Source: an uncultured Candidatus Saccharibacteria bacterium (lineage in GTDB: Bacteria; Patescibacteriota; CPR2_A; CG2-30-33-46; CAZGIU01). Taken from it: a stretch of 37,263 bases of DNA. The notes under the pieces were generated by a model. The model worked only from the letters and a program-made list of their open reading frames with translations, was not told the DNA's origin and searched no databases. Below, one piece after another: positions 15,067-24,816 of the stretch. The position numbers were made by a program, and so were the translations under genes. Numbering within the stretch: the stretch's first letter is position 1; every line of letters begins with the position of its first letter. The stretch is from contig CAZGIU010000001.1 of NCBI GenBank assembly GCA_964526535.1, forward strand, positions 1-37,263, read 5' to 3'.

Positions 15067-16502
15067 TTTTTATAAAAAATTTTAATACTCCTAGCTACCT
15101 TTTTACCAACCAATTTCTCAATCTTATCAAAATTGGCTTTTTTTAATCCACAAATGGAGCCAAACTTTTTTAACAATTTTTTTTGAGTAACCTTACCAAC
15201 TCCTTTAATTTGTTCTAAAGAAGAAGTGGTAATCTTTTTTTCTCTTATTCTGCGATGATGTGTAATAGCAAATCGATGGGCTTCGTTTCTAATTCTAGTT
15301 AAAAGAAGCAGAGCGTGGGAATTCTTATCTAAGATTATTTTTCTGAAAGTTCCTTCTAATATCCCAGCCTGCTTACCTTTATTTTTTATGAAGACTTCTT
15401 CGTTCCTCTTGGCTAAACCAATTATTTCTATGTTCAAATTTAAATTATCTAAAACTTTCTTAGATGCAGAAAGCTGACCTTTGCCACCATCTATAACAAT
15501 TAGATCTGGTAATATTTTGAATTTCTCATCACTGGTTTTGAAAAGTCTTCTAGAGAGTATCTCCTGCATCATGGCATAATCATTGATAGTATTTACCTTT
15601 TTAACTTTAAAATGACGGTAAGCTTTTTTATCTGGCAAACCATTAGTAAAAACTACCATAGAACCGGTAGCTTCTTTGCCAAAAAGATTTGAAACATCAT
15701 AGCACTCTATTCTGTTCGAGATTTTAATCATTTTTAACTCTAATCTAAGCTCCTCAAGAGCCTGATCTTTATAAATATTTTTATTAGCTTTTTCTAAAAT
15801 CATTTCAGAAACTTTTTTTAAATGTTTTATTTTGTCCCTTAAAGCAGCTGCTTTTTCATAATCTTTTTTATTAGAAAAAATAAACATTTGTTTCTCAATG
15901 TCTTTAAGTAATCTAACTCTTCTGCCTTTAAAAAAATTAATCAAGCGCCTGATCTCAAGACGATAATCTTTGTTTGATAATCCATAGCATGGACATTGCT
16001 TTAAATGTCCCCAAAAACATAACTTATGAGGAAATGTTTTACTGGTTATAAATGGAAATATCCTTCTTAAAACTCGCAAACTCTTTCTTACGGCTAAAGA
16101 ATCAACAAAGGGACCCAAATAAACATTTTTGCCTGACCTTGGAGATCTGATTAAATTAATTTTAGGCCATTCATCTTCTAAAGTTATTTCCACCCAAATA
16201 AAATTCTTATCATCTTTCCAGCGATCATTATAAACAGGTTTATATCTTTTTATCATTTCAGATTCCAAAAGCAAGGCTTCAATTTCAGAATCAGTTTGAG
16301 TAAAATCAATCTGATCAGCATCCTGAAAAATCATTTTCTCGAGCTTTGGCCTTGAATCAATTTCTTTTTGAAAATACTGAGAAACACGATTTTTTAAATC
16401 TGAGGCTTTGCCAATATAAAGAATTTTCCCCTTAGGGTTTTTAAAAAAATAGACTCCAGGTTTATGAGGAATATTTTTTAATTGTTTTTTTAAGCTTTCC
16501 AT
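15057..16502 (-). CDS. uvrC: Excinuclease ABC subunit C, compact form (481 aa)
   Basis: GIY-YIG 'GVYFFKNPKGKILYIGKASDLKNRVSQYF', UVR motif 'DYEKAAALRDKIKHL', endonuclease domain 'IECYDVSN...PDLIVIDGGKGQL', and a C-terminal (HhH)2 'LEQIKGVGKVTQKKLLKKFGS'. Confidence 0.93.
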   Translation of the reverse strand: MESLKKQLKNIPHKPGVYFFKNPKGKILYIGKASDLKNRVSQYFQKEIDSRPKLEKMIFQDADQIDFTQTDSEIEALLLESEMIKRYKPVYNDRWKDDKNFIWVEITLEDEWPKINLIRSPRSGKNVYLGPFVDSLAVRKSLRVLRRIFPFITSKTFPHKLCFWGHLKQCPCYGLSNKDYRLEIRRLINFFKGRRVRLLKDIEKQMFIFSNKKDYEKAAALRDKIKHLKKVSEMILEKANKNIYKDQALEELRLELKMIKISNRIECYDVSNLFGKEATGSMVVFTNGLPDKKAYRHFKVKKVNTINDYAMMQEILSRRLFKTSDEKFKILPDLIVIDGGKGQLSASKKVLDNLNLNIEIIGLAKRNEEVFIKNKGKQAGILEGTFRKIILDKNSHALLLLTRIRNEAHRFAITHHRRIREKKITTSSLEQIKGVGKVTQKKLLKKFGSICGLKKANFDKIEKLVGKKVARSIKIFYKNYL

Positions 16503-16509
16503 GGAATAA

Positions 16510-16518
16510 ATTATAACA
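16510..16518 (-). promoter_or_regulatory. Extended -10 element (TGtTATAAT) 7 nt upstream of the uvrC ATG
   Basis: The minus-strand reading is ttTGtTATAATttattccATG. There is no Shine-Dalgarno sequence. The geometry predicts a leaderless uvrC mRNA. Confidence 0.5.
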
Positions 16519-16519
16519 A

Positions 16520-16543
16520 ATTAGCGGGCTTTTGCCCGCTAAT
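16520..16543 (-). terminator. Intrinsic terminator after the GT4 gene pair
   Basis: ATTAGCGGGC-tttt-GCCCGCTAAT: a 10-bp stem with a 4-nt loop, 14 nt downstream of the stop at 16558, followed by a T-rich run on both strands. Confidence 0.8.
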
Positions 16544-16557
16544 TTTATAAGTATTTT

Positions 16558-17640
16558 CTATTTTTTTAAAATTCTAAAATATGTTTTCTGGTAATCATCA
16601 ACCATTTTTCTAATTGAGAAATATTTTTCAACATTTTCCCTGCACGCAAATCTCATTTTGATGTAGTCATTATCTTTCATCCTCATAATCAATTTTATAT
16701 AATCAGAAGCTTCTTCTGCAGTTTTGTTTTTATTAGTTAAAAAACCTGTAACACCATGTTTTATAATTTCAGGGGCAGATCCTCTTTTTACAGAAATTAC
16801 AGGGGTGCCAGTAGCCATAGCTTCGGTAAAATATAAGCCAAAAGGCTCTTCCCAATTAATTAATCCCAACAGAGCAATTGACTCACCTAAAAACTTATTT
16901 TTTTCTTTTGATCCAATTTCGCCAATATATTGTATATCTTTGTTATTTATTAATGGCTTAACTTCTTTTTCAAAATATGGTTTATCAGCAGCATCTATCT
17001 TAGCTGCCATTTTAAGATTAACCTTGGCTTTTTTAGCCGCTAAAATAGCCTCCTTGGGACCCTTCTCATAAGACATTCTTCCCAGAAAAGCAAAATATGA
17101 ACCTTTTTTATTAACAAAATTAAAATCTGATAAATTTATCCCGTTATAAACAGTAGAAATGTAGTTAAGGTTTTTGTTACCTTTCCTCTGGGCATTACTT
17201 ATGGTTATAAAATTATTTTTTCTATAAATATCAAAAACAGTTTTTACATATTCTTCATTTAAAGGCCCGTGACATGTAGTTACAACTGGGCATTTAAAAA
17301 TTTTTTCAATTGGAGAGACTCGCCAACCAACATGTTGATGGATTATATCAAAATCATTTTTAAGTAAATATTTTGTCATTTCTGCCAATGAAATATACTT
17401 CCAAGCTTCTCTGAGCTTTTCCTGACCAACAGATTCGGTCATAACCCTAATAGCCTTAGGTACTAATGAGTAGAGCCTCGCTTTAGTTTTTGAATCACCG
17501 CTAGCCAATAAATGAACTTCATGTCCTCTATTAACTAATTCTTCAGTTAGGTTACTTACTATTAATTCTGTTCCACCATATTTCCTAGGTGGTACGGTTT
17601 CTTCTACAGGAGCAATTTGAGCAATTTTTAATTTTTTCAT
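16558..17640 (-). CDS. GT4-family (GT-B, group 1) glycosyltransferase (360 aa)
   Basis: 'MKKLKIAQIAPVEETVPPRKYGGTELIVSNLTEELVNRGHEVHLLASGDS' and C-terminal 'EEPFGLYFTEAMATGTPVI' (EX7E-type motif). The start is set at ATG 17640 (1 nt after the upstream stop), not the track's 17664. Confidence 0.85.
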   Translation of the reverse strand: MKKLKIAQIAPVEETVPPRKYGGTELIVSNLTEELVNRGHEVHLLASGDSKTKARLYSLVPKAIRVMTESVGQEKLREAWKYISLAEMTKYLLKNDFDIIHQHVGWRVSPIEKIFKCPVVTTCHGPLNEEYVKTVFDIYRKNNFITISNAQRKGNKNLNYISTVYNGINLSDFNFVNKKGSYFAFLGRMSYEKGPKEAILAAKKAKVNLKMAAKIDAADKPYFEKEVKPLINNKDIQYIGEIGSKEKNKFLGESIALLGLINWEEPFGLYFTEAMATGTPVISVKRGSAPEIIKHGVTGFLTNKNKTAEEASDYIKLIMRMKDNDYIKMRFACRENVEKYFSIRKMVDDYQKTYFRILKK

Positions 17641-17641
17641 T

Positions 17642-18910
17642 TTATACCTTTCTTTTAGACACATCTAAATAAAGTTTTAACATTTTATCAGTAACCACCT
17701 TCCAACTAAAATTATTTTTAACTCTTACAACTCCATTTTCTCCTAACCTTTTTGCTAAATCCGGATGTTTTAAAATTTTAACAATCTGTCTAGCGAATGA
17801 TTTAGGATTTTGTGGTTCAGCATGAAAACCAGTAATACCTTCTTCAACATTCCATTTCAAACCACCCACATTAGAGGCAACAACTGGGGTACCTGTAGCC
17901 ATGGCTTCAGTAGCTACCATTCCAAAAGGCTCATAATAAGAAGGCATAACCACCACATCAGCTGAACCATAATAATAATGCAAAGTATCTCTCGTCAAAC
18001 CCTTCATATAACGAATAACTGAGTCAAGATTGTTTCTATTTATTGTTTTTATAATTTCTTTATCATAATCAGATTCTGCTTTACTCCTACTCTTTCTGGG
18101 ATCTCCAGAAGAAAAATAAACTTCCAGATTTTTATATACATTGGGCCAATTCTTTCTAATTTCAGCCATAGCCTTAAGTAACGTTAGCCCGCCTTTTCTT
18201 TTCTCCATTTTTGATACAAAAACAACCACATGTTTATTTTCATCAATCCCAATTTTTTTCCTAGCCTTTATTTTATCTAGTGGATAAAAATTATTTAGAT
18301 TTGTGCCTGGGGGAATAATAACTGCATTTTTATTAGAAACCTTGTATTGATTAATCATGTCTAATTTTTCTTGAGGAGAAGTAACAACAACTTTAGTAGC
18401 TTTTTCCATCAACTCTTTCTCTATTTTATATCTATCTTTGGGACTAGAATCCTCTTCACCTAAAGCCTTTCTTTTTAATAGACCTAATGAATGTGAGGTG
18501 TGAATTAGGGGAATATTAAGAATAGATGAAAGTCTTAAACCTGCCCAGCCTGAATAATAATAATGACTATGAATTAAATCATATTTAGCTTTTCTCTCTC
18601 TACAAAATTCCAAAAAATGTTCAACAAATTCTGGCATTAGAGACCCAAAATCATCCTTGGGTATAAAATTTCTTGGTCCCGCCTTAAGTCTAATGATCTT
18701 AGCTCTCTGAGCAAATCTAACCATAGGAACAGCTTTTCTGCTCTCCCATCTTGTAAAAACATCAACTTTAACGCCTAATCTGCTAAGGTTCTTAGCTAAT
18801 TCATAGACATAAACATTCTGACCACCAGATTGTTGACCACCAAGAGGAGACAAAGGGTCTCCGTGCTCTGAAATCATTGCAACTGTAAGAATATGTTTAT
18901 TATTTTGCAT
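17642..18910 (-). CDS. GT4-family glycosyltransferase with MshA / sucrose-phosphate-synthase-like N-terminal motif (422 aa)
   Basis: 'VAMISEHGDPLSPLGGQQSGGQNVYVYELAKNLSRLGVKVDVFTRW' resembles the MshA/SPS 'HxxP...GGxNVYV...TR' motif. C-terminal 'YEPFGMVATEAMATGTPVV'. Confidence 0.85.
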   Translation of the reverse strand: MQNNKHILTVAMISEHGDPLSPLGGQQSGGQNVYVYELAKNLSRLGVKVDVFTRWESRKAVPMVRFAQRAKIIRLKAGPRNFIPKDDFGSLMPEFVEHFLEFCRERKAKYDLIHSHYYYSGWAGLRLSSILNIPLIHTSHSLGLLKRKALGEEDSSPKDRYKIEKELMEKATKVVVTSPQEKLDMINQYKVSNKNAVIIPPGTNLNNFYPLDKIKARKKIGIDENKHVVVFVSKMEKRKGGLTLLKAMAEIRKNWPNVYKNLEVYFSSGDPRKSRSKAESDYDKEIIKTINRNNLDSVIRYMKGLTRDTLHYYYGSADVVVMPSYYEPFGMVATEAMATGTPVVASNVGGLKWNVEEGITGFHAEPQNPKSFARQIVKILKHPDLAKRLGENGVVRVKNNFSWKVVTDKMLKLYLDVSKRKV

Positions 18911-18932
18911 TAAACCTTTATTTTATTAATAC

Positions 18933-18941
18933 AATTATAAC
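18933..18941 (-). promoter_or_regulatory. Extended -10 element (TGtTATAAT) upstream of the GT4 pair
   Basis: The minus-strand reading is tttTGtTATAATtgtattaataaaatAAAGGtttaATG; the leader carries a Shine-Dalgarno-like AAAGG. Confidence 0.45.
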
Positions 18942-18962
18942 ATAAAATTGATAAAAAGGAAA

Positions 18963-21788
18963 CTACTTTAAAAGTTTCTTTAAGTACTGACCAGTATAAG
19001 ACTTGGGGCTCTTAGCAACCTTTTCTGGGGTTCCTTCAGCAACTAAAAAGCCACCCTCGTCACCACCTTCTGGGCCTAAATCTATCAGCCAGTCGGCTGT
19101 TTTTATCACATCTAAATTATGCTCTATAACTAAAACTGAATTGCCCTTATCAACTAATCTATTTAACACCTCTAACAGCCTTTTAACATCATCAAAATGA
19201 AGTCCTGTAGTTGGCTCATCTAGAATATAAAGAGTTTTACCAGTAGATCTTCGAGATAATTCAGATGCTAATTTTATTCTTTGAGCTTCTCCACCTGAAA
19301 GAGTTGTAGCTTGTTGACCCAAATGAATATAACCTAAACCAACATCATTAAGTGTCTCCAATTTATGTTTTATCTGGGGCATATGCCTAAAAAATGCAAG
19401 TCCTTGCTCTACTGTCATATCTAAAACATCGGCAATAGTTTTACCTTTATAAAGAATTTCTAAAGCCTCTTTGTTATATCTCTTACCTTTACACTCTTCA
19501 CAAGTAACATATACATCCGGCAAAAATTGCATTTCTATTTTGATAACTCCATCACCACGACAAGTTTCACAACGGCCACCTTTGACATTAAAGCTAAATC
19601 TACCCTGTTGGTAACCTCGCATTCTGGCTTCCGGCACCATAGCAAATAACTTTCTTATATCATCAAAAACCTTAGTATAAGTAGCTGGATTTGACCTAGG
19701 AGTTCTACCAATTGGAGACTGATCTATATTAATAACCTTATCCAAATTTTCAGTACCTTTTATTTCTTTAAATTTGCCCGGTAATTCTTGAGAACGATGA
19801 AATTCCATTGATAAATATTTAGCTAAAACTTCATTCATCAAAGTTGATTTACCTGAACCAGAAACACCCGTTATACAAACAAAATTACCCAGCGGAATAT
19901 CAATATTTATATTTTTTAAATTAAACTCTTCTGCTCCGATAATTTGAATTTTCTTACCAGACCCTTTTCTTCTTTTTTGAGGTACTTCAATTTTTTTAGC
20001 GCCCGAAAGATATTGACCGGTTAAAGAGTTCTTATCCTTTTTTATTTGCTCTGGAGTCCCCTGAGAAACTATCTCACCTCCATGAATACCTGCTCCAGGG
20101 CCCATATCTATAATATAATCAGCTGCTAAAATTGTATCTTTATCGTGTTCTACCACAATAATAGTATTACCTAAATCTTGAAGTTTCTTTAAAGTATCAA
20201 TTAAACGTTGGTTGTCTCGCTGATGAAGCCCAATTGAAGGCTCATCTAAAACATATAAAACTCCCATTAAATAACTGCCTATCTGGGTTGCCAGCCTGAT
20301 TCTTTGAGCCTCACCACCAGATAACGTTCCAGCAGAACGAGAAAGCGTTAAGTAAGATAAGCCAACATTATTTAAAAATCCTAATCTCTCTGATATTTCT
20401 TTTATTATTTGATTGGCAATTTTCTTTTCAATTTCTTTAAGTTCTAGGTTTTTTATAAAATTAAGTGTTTCTAAAATTGATATACCAGTAGCCTCAGCAA
20501 TATTTTTACCGCCCACCGTAACAGACAAAATTTCCCTTCTTAATCTTTTGCCTTGACATTCAGGACATGGAAATATTCTCATGTATTTTTCAATTTCTTT
20601 TCTCATATATTCTGAATCTGTTTCTTTATAACGTCTTTCGAGATTAGGGATAACCCCTTCATAACGTGAAGAATATTCTTTAACCGAGCCAGTATAGTCA
20701 TCATCACTTTTAACAATATAAATCTCTTCTCCTGTGCCATATAAAATCATATTTCTAGATTCTTTGGTAAGCTCACCCACTGGAACATCTAAGGAGAATT
20801 TATATTTTTTAGCCACCGAATCTAAAACTCTTTCAAACCAAGTCATACTTGAAGAAGTTCTAGACCAAGGCCTAATAGCTCCCTCTCTAATAGTCAATCT
20901 TGGATTTGGTAAAACTAAATTTTCATCAACCTCAAGCTTGGTTCCTAAGCCCGTACAAACAGGGCAAGCACCATGAGGAGAATTGAAAGAGAAACTTCTT
21001 GGCTCAAGCTCGGGAATATTAATTCCACAAACCGAACAAGCAAACTTTTCTGAAAACATTGTTTCAACATCTTTATCCAGATCATAAACACTAATCTCAC
21101 CATCACCTAACTTTAAAGCTGTTTCAACAGAGTCAGCCAATCTTTTTCTATTATCTTGCTCTACCTTTAACCTATCAACAACTACTTCTATAGTATGCTT
21201 TTTATTTTTATCAAGACGAATATCTTCTTCTATGTCATATATTTTACCATCAACTCTAATTCGTAAATAACCAGCCCTTTTTATTTCTTCAAATGTATAA
21301 CGATGCTCACCTTTTCTATCTCTAATTAATGGAGCAATAATCATTATCTTGGTTTTCTGATCTTTCTGGGCAATTTGATCAACTATTTGAGAAGAGCTCT
21401 GTCTTTTTATTTCTCTACCACAATTTATACAATGTGGGACACCTATTCTGGCATAAAGCAACCTGAAATAATCGTAAATTTCTGTAACCGTGCCAACTGT
21501 GGATCTAGGATTTCTGATAGTTGATTTTTGATCTATAGAAATAGCTGGAGAAAGACCATCAATATTCTCAACATCAGGCTTCTCCATCAAACCTAAAAAC
21601 TGACGAGCATAAGAAGACAATGATTCAACGTACCTACGCTGTCCTTCGGCATAAATGGTGTCAAAAGCCAATGATGATTTGCCAGAACCGGAAAGACCAG
21701 TAATTACCACAAACTTATCTCTGGGTATAGCAACATCAATGTTTTTTAGATTATGCTCACGCGCCTTATGAACTATTATTTTATCCAT
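18963..21788 (-). CDS. uvrA: Excinuclease ABC subunit A (941 aa)
   Basis: '[25 protein letters not shown]', two ABC modules ('[12 protein letters not shown]', '[12 protein letters not shown]', '[12 protein letters not shown]'), and zinc modules with CxxC pairs. Confidence 0.97.
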   Translation of the reverse strand: MDKIIVHKAREHNLKNIDVAIPRDKFVVITGLSGSGKSSLAFDTIYAEGQRRYVESLSSYARQFLGLMEKPDVENIDGLSPAISIDQKSTIRNPRSTVGTVTEIYDYFRLLYARIGVPHCINCGREIKRQSSSQIVDQIAQKDQKTKIMIIAPLIRDRKGEHRYTFEEIKRAGYLRIRVDGKIYDIEEDIRLDKNKKHTIEVVVDRLKVEQDNRKRLADSVETALKLGDGEISVYDLDKDVETMFSEKFACSVCGINIPELEPRSFSFNSPHGACPVCTGLGTKLEVDENLVLPNPRLTIREGAIRPWSRTSSSMTWFERVLDSVAKKYKFSLDVPVGELTKESRNMILYGTGEEIYIVKSDDDYTGSVKEYSSRYEGVIPNLERRYKETDSEYMRKEIEKYMRIFPCPECQGKRLRREILSVTVGGKNIAEATGISILETLNFIKNLELKEIEKKIANQIIKEISERLGFLNNVGLSYLTLSRSAGTLSGGEAQRIRLATQIGSYLMGVLYVLDEPSIGLHQRDNQRLIDTLKKLQDLGNTIIVVEHDKDTILAADYIIDMGPGAGIHGGEIVSQGTPEQIKKDKNSLTGQYLSGAKKIEVPQKRRKGSGKKIQIIGAEEFNLKNINIDIPLGNFVCITGVSGSGKSTLMNEVLAKYLSMEFHRSQELPGKFKEIKGTENLDKVINIDQSPIGRTPRSNPATYTKVFDDIRKLFAMVPEARMRGYQQGRFSFNVKGGRCETCRGDGVIKIEMQFLPDVYVTCEECKGKRYNKEALEILYKGKTIADVLDMTVEQGLAFFRHMPQIKHKLETLNDVGLGYIHLGQQATTLSGGEAQRIKLASELSRRSTGKTLYILDEPTTGLHFDDVKRLLEVLNRLVDKGNSVLVIEHNLDVIKTADWLIDLGPEGGDEGGFLVAEGTPEKVAKSPKSYTGQYLKKLLK

Positions 21789-21820
21789 TAAAAGACTCCA
21801 AATTTAAGTAAAACAGAATT

Positions 21821-21849
21821 ATTGTACTACTAATGTTAAGATTATTCAA
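21821..21849 (-). promoter_or_regulatory. Candidate sigma70 promoter for uvrA (TTGAAT-17 nt-TACAAT)
   Basis: Minus strand: -35 TTGAAT (21844-21849), 17-nt spacer, -10 TACAAT (21821-21826). GGAG lies 9 nt before the ATG. Confidence 0.5.
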
Positions 21850-21866
21850 GACTATAAATGTAAATT

Positions 21867-21887
21867 AAAACCGCCTCAGGCGGTTTT
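21867..21887 (-). terminator. Intrinsic terminator after the epimerase gene
   Basis: AAAACCGCC-tca-GGCGGTTTT hairpin 29 nt downstream of the stop at 21916, with the U-tract on the minus strand. Confidence 0.7.
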
Positions 21888-21915
21888 AAAATCAAAATAC
21901 AATAAAATAATTTAA

Positions 21916-22848
21916 CTAGGGCTGTTTTTCAATTTCCACTAACCTCTTAATCCCCTCTTCTAAAGATATGGTTGGCTGATAGCCAAGTTCTTTGGAAATT
22001 TTATCCAAACTAGCAAGTTGAGTCATAACATAACCTTCTTTAACCGGATTTGGAATTAGTTTTGGTTTGATATCAGTCCCATTTGCCTTGTTGATTATTT
22101 CTACCATCTCAAGTAAACTGTAATCTTTTGTTGAGCCAATATTGAAAATTTCGGAACCGAAATTTTTATCTGAGTTCATAGCTAAAATACAAGCCTGAAT
22201 TATATCATCAACATAGGTAAAATCTCTTCTCTGAGTTCCATCACCATAAAGAATAGGACTTTTGCCATCTACCATATCCCAAATAAATTGGGAAGCAAGA
22301 TTAGCAAACTTCCCTTTTGACTTTTCGTTTGGACCATAAACACTCATAAAACGAAAACCAATAATTTCTAAGCTATGAACGCGAGAAAAAATATGAGAAG
22401 TATGTTCTTGAGCAAATTTGGTAACCGAATAATAATTAGGCGGAACCACCATATCAGACTCTCTAAGTGGGGTTGGATTGTTCCCGTAAATAGATGAAGT
22501 AGAAGCATAAATAACTTTTTTGGCTCCTACTTTTTTGGCCCACTCAAGAACAGAAACATAACCTAAAATATTATTATAATAAGCCCCTTTCAAGTCTTTT
22601 TCAAACATTGGAGCTGAAGAGGAAGCAGCTAAATGAAAAATGATATCAACTGGGCTTACTTTATCCAGATCTTCTTGTTTATTAACGTCTCCCTCAATAA
22701 CAGTTATTTTGTCTTTTATAGTTTCAACATTTTCATGTTTACCCAACAACAAGTTATCAATAATAAAAACTTCATGACCATCTTCAACTAATTTTTTAGC
22801 CAAGTTAGAACCAATAAAACCCAAACCTCCAGTTACTAAAACTTTCAT
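21916..22848 (-). CDS. NAD-dependent NDP-sugar epimerase/dehydratase (extended SDR, GalE/WbpP-like, 310 aa)
   Basis: 'KVLVTGGLGFIGSNL' Rossmann motif and catalytic 'YSVTKFAQE' (YxxxK). The substrate is not assignable from sequence alone. Confidence 0.85.
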   Translation of the reverse strand: MKVLVTGGLGFIGSNLAKKLVEDGHEVFIIDNLLLGKHENVETIKDKITVIEGDVNKQEDLDKVSPVDIIFHLAASSSAPMFEKDLKGAYYNNILGYVSVLEWAKKVGAKKVIYASTSSIYGNNPTPLRESDMVVPPNYYSVTKFAQEHTSHIFSRVHSLEIIGFRFMSVYGPNEKSKGKFANLASQFIWDMVDGKSPILYGDGTQRRDFTYVDDIIQACILAMNSDKNFGSEIFNIGSTKDYSLLEMVEIINKANGTDIKPKLIPNPVKEGYVMTQLASLDKISKELGYQPTISLEEGIKRLVEIEKQP

Positions 22849-22859
22849 GTTTCTCCTAT

Positions 22860-23801
22860 TTAAATTATAGTATTATTTCTTATTAATTGTTTTTCTATCT
22901 TAACATTTTTTATGCTTGAATCAAAATCTATAACTGAATCTCTGATCTTACAATTTTCAATTTTACAGTTTTCCATAATTATTGAATCTTCTATGGCTGA
23001 ATTAATAATCTGAGCATTTTGACCAATTACTGAACTTCCTTTTATCTCTGAATTTTCTATTTTAGAATTTTTATCTATTATCGGTGACTTTTGAAGCTTT
23101 TTATTAGCCTCTAGGTAAGCCTCAAAGGAGCCGATATCAAACCAAGATCCGGAAAAAACATATGGCTCTACTTCAAAAGGCGCGTCTTTAACTAAATAAG
23201 CAATAAAATCTCCAGCATTATCTTTGCCTGTCTTAGCAAATTCCTGAAGATATGGCAAACTTTTTTTAGGTAAAATATAACATAAAGTTGAAACAATGGT
23301 TGATTTTGGCTTTTTGGGTTTTTCTTCAAAATCGATAATTTTATCATCCAAAACCTCAACAACTCCAAATTTTTTGGCATCTTCTAAAGATTCAATATCA
23401 TAAACAGCCACCATAGTCTTACCTTTATACTTAGAAACAAAATGAGCTAAATCAAAAGTAAATAAGTTATCACCTGCTAAAACTACTAAATCATCGTCAA
23501 TCTTACATTCTTCAACCGCATAACTAATCCCGCCTATAGCTCCTTTTTTTTCTGATTCTGAAACAGCTGGTTCAACTAGAATTTTAATGTTTCTGTCTTT
23601 GAATTCTTTATTTTTCCATTCATTAAAGGTTTTTTCAAACTGCTGATTAGTTGAAATTATAATTTCAACATCTTTCGGTAGACTAACTACTAAATGTGAA
23701 ACAATAGCTTTGCCAGCCACCGGCAAAAGGGGTTTGGCTCTTTGCTCAGACAAAGGCCATAATCTTGTAGCAAAACCTCCCGCTAAAATAACTGCTTTCA
23801 T
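22860..23801 (-). CDS. Sugar-1-phosphate nucleotidylyltransferase with C-terminal hexapeptide (LbH) repeats (313 aa)
   Basis: 'MKAVILAGGFATRLWPLSEQRAKPLLPVAGK' is the NTP_transferase signature. The C-terminus holds I/V-x-hexad repeats ('ENSEIKGSSVIGQNAQIINSAIEDSIIMENCKIENCKIRDSVI'). Confidence 0.85.
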   Translation of the reverse strand: MKAVILAGGFATRLWPLSEQRAKPLLPVAGKAIVSHLVVSLPKDVEIIISTNQQFEKTFNEWKNKEFKDRNIKILVEPAVSESEKKGAIGGISYAVEECKIDDDLVVLAGDNLFTFDLAHFVSKYKGKTMVAVYDIESLEDAKKFGVVEVLDDKIIDFEEKPKKPKSTIVSTLCYILPKKSLPYLQEFAKTGKDNAGDFIAYLVKDAPFEVEPYVFSGSWFDIGSFEAYLEANKKLQKSPIIDKNSKIENSEIKGSSVIGQNAQIINSAIEDSIIMENCKIENCKIRDSVIDFDSSIKNVKIEKQLIRNNTII

Positions 23802-23807
23802 TTAAAT

Positions 23808-24791
23808 TTACCTTTTAAATTTTAATATCTTAACCAAAGTTTTTAAAATAATTTTAATATCCAAACATAATGACCAATTTTCGACATAAAAACTATCCTG
23901 ATTAAACATTTCCTCAAAATTAAATTTTTCATGACGATGAACCTGCCAAAGACCAGTCATACCTGGCCTAACCAATAATCTTCTTTTAAGGGAATCGCTG
24001 TATTGATCTACCTCTAAAGCATAAGCTGGTCTTGGACCAACTAAACTCATATCGCCTAATAATACATTAAAAAGTTGCGGCAATTCAGAAAGATAAGTAA
24101 CTCTCAAAAAACGGCCAAGCTGAGTAGCTCTTTTATCTTCTCTTATTTCTCTTAATTTTTCTGGGAGTTCTTTAAAGGAATATTTATTAATCATCTCCTC
24201 AGCTCCTTTTGGCAAGGTTCTGAATCTTAGCATTTTGAAATTCTTTTTTAAAAATCCATTATATCTATTTTCTTGAATGAAGATTTTAGCCGAAAAATCT
24301 TCAAGTTTGAGTAAAAAAGCGATTAATAATAGCAAGGGCAGGAATATTACCACAAGTAACAATGAACCTAAAATATCAACCGATCTCTTTAAATAAACAC
24401 TGAAACCAGAAAGCGGTGTCATCTTAAGTCTTAGGGTGATTAAATCACCACAATTTTCACCTACAAAGTTTTTGGAATAGTTACTAATAGCCAGTGGTAT
24501 TATTCGATAATTCAAATTATTAGCCCGGCAAAAAGTGATTATATTATAAGATTGCTCAAAATGACCAATTTGAATTATATTTTTTACTTTATTATCTTTA
24601 ACAATATTTTCTATGTCCAATATTTTGCCTAATACCGGCAAACCTAAAATTTCATTGCCTTTGGAAATATTGTTATCGACAACGCCAACTAAATTATCTT
24701 TAAAATAATTTTTAATTTGCTTAAGAATATCTTTGGTTTCTTCTGAATAACCAAGAATTATTGTTTTTTCTTTAATTTTCTTTTTGTTCAT
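23808..24791 (-). CDS. Polyprenyl-phosphate sugar-phosphate transferase (bacterial sugar transferase / WbaP-PglC family, 327 aa)
   Basis: C-terminal catalytic domain 'LPQLFNVLLGDMSLVGPRP...RLLVRPGMTGLWQV'. TM helix 'ILGSLLLVVIFLPLLLLIAFLL'. N-terminal Rossmann-like region. Confidence 0.88.
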   Translation of the reverse strand: MNKKKIKEKTIILGYSEETKDILKQIKNYFKDNLVGVVDNNISKGNEILGLPVLGKILDIENIVKDNKVKNIIQIGHFEQSYNIITFCRANNLNYRIIPLAISNYSKNFVGENCGDLITLRLKMTPLSGFSVYLKRSVDILGSLLLVVIFLPLLLLIAFLLKLEDFSAKIFIQENRYNGFLKKNFKMLRFRTLPKGAEEMINKYSFKELPEKLREIREDKRATQLGRFLRVTYLSELPQLFNVLLGDMSLVGPRPAYALEVDQYSDSLKRRLLVRPGMTGLWQVHRHEKFNFEEMFNQDSFYVENWSLCLDIKIILKTLVKILKFKR

Positions 24792-24816
24792 AATAAAAAT
24801 ATTTTACAGATATGAG

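Noticed and set aside
16724-17071. 115-aa plus-strand ORF
   Set aside because: Antisense inside the GT4 glycosyltransferase. Shadow ORF.
17641-17664. Upstream ATG (MCLKERYK) for the second GT4
   Set aside because: It would overlap the upstream gene by 23 nt. 'MKKLKIAQIAP' from ATG 17640 matches the usual GT4 N-terminus. Not fully excluded.
19003-19200. 65-aa plus-strand ORF
   Set aside because: Antisense inside uvrA. Shadow ORF.
20734-20976. 80-aa plus-strand ORF
   Set aside because: Antisense inside uvrA. Shadow ORF.
23192-23380. 62-aa minus-strand ORF in another frame
   Set aside because: It is nested out of frame in the nucleotidylyltransferase gene. No RBS and no conserved motif.
24801-24809. 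ctgTAAAAT box 9 nt before the sugar-transferase ATG (a possible fourth leaderless promoter)
   Set aside because: The TG is mis-spaced relative to the hexamer, and the hexamer is weak. The gene may simply be co-transcribed with pgi.
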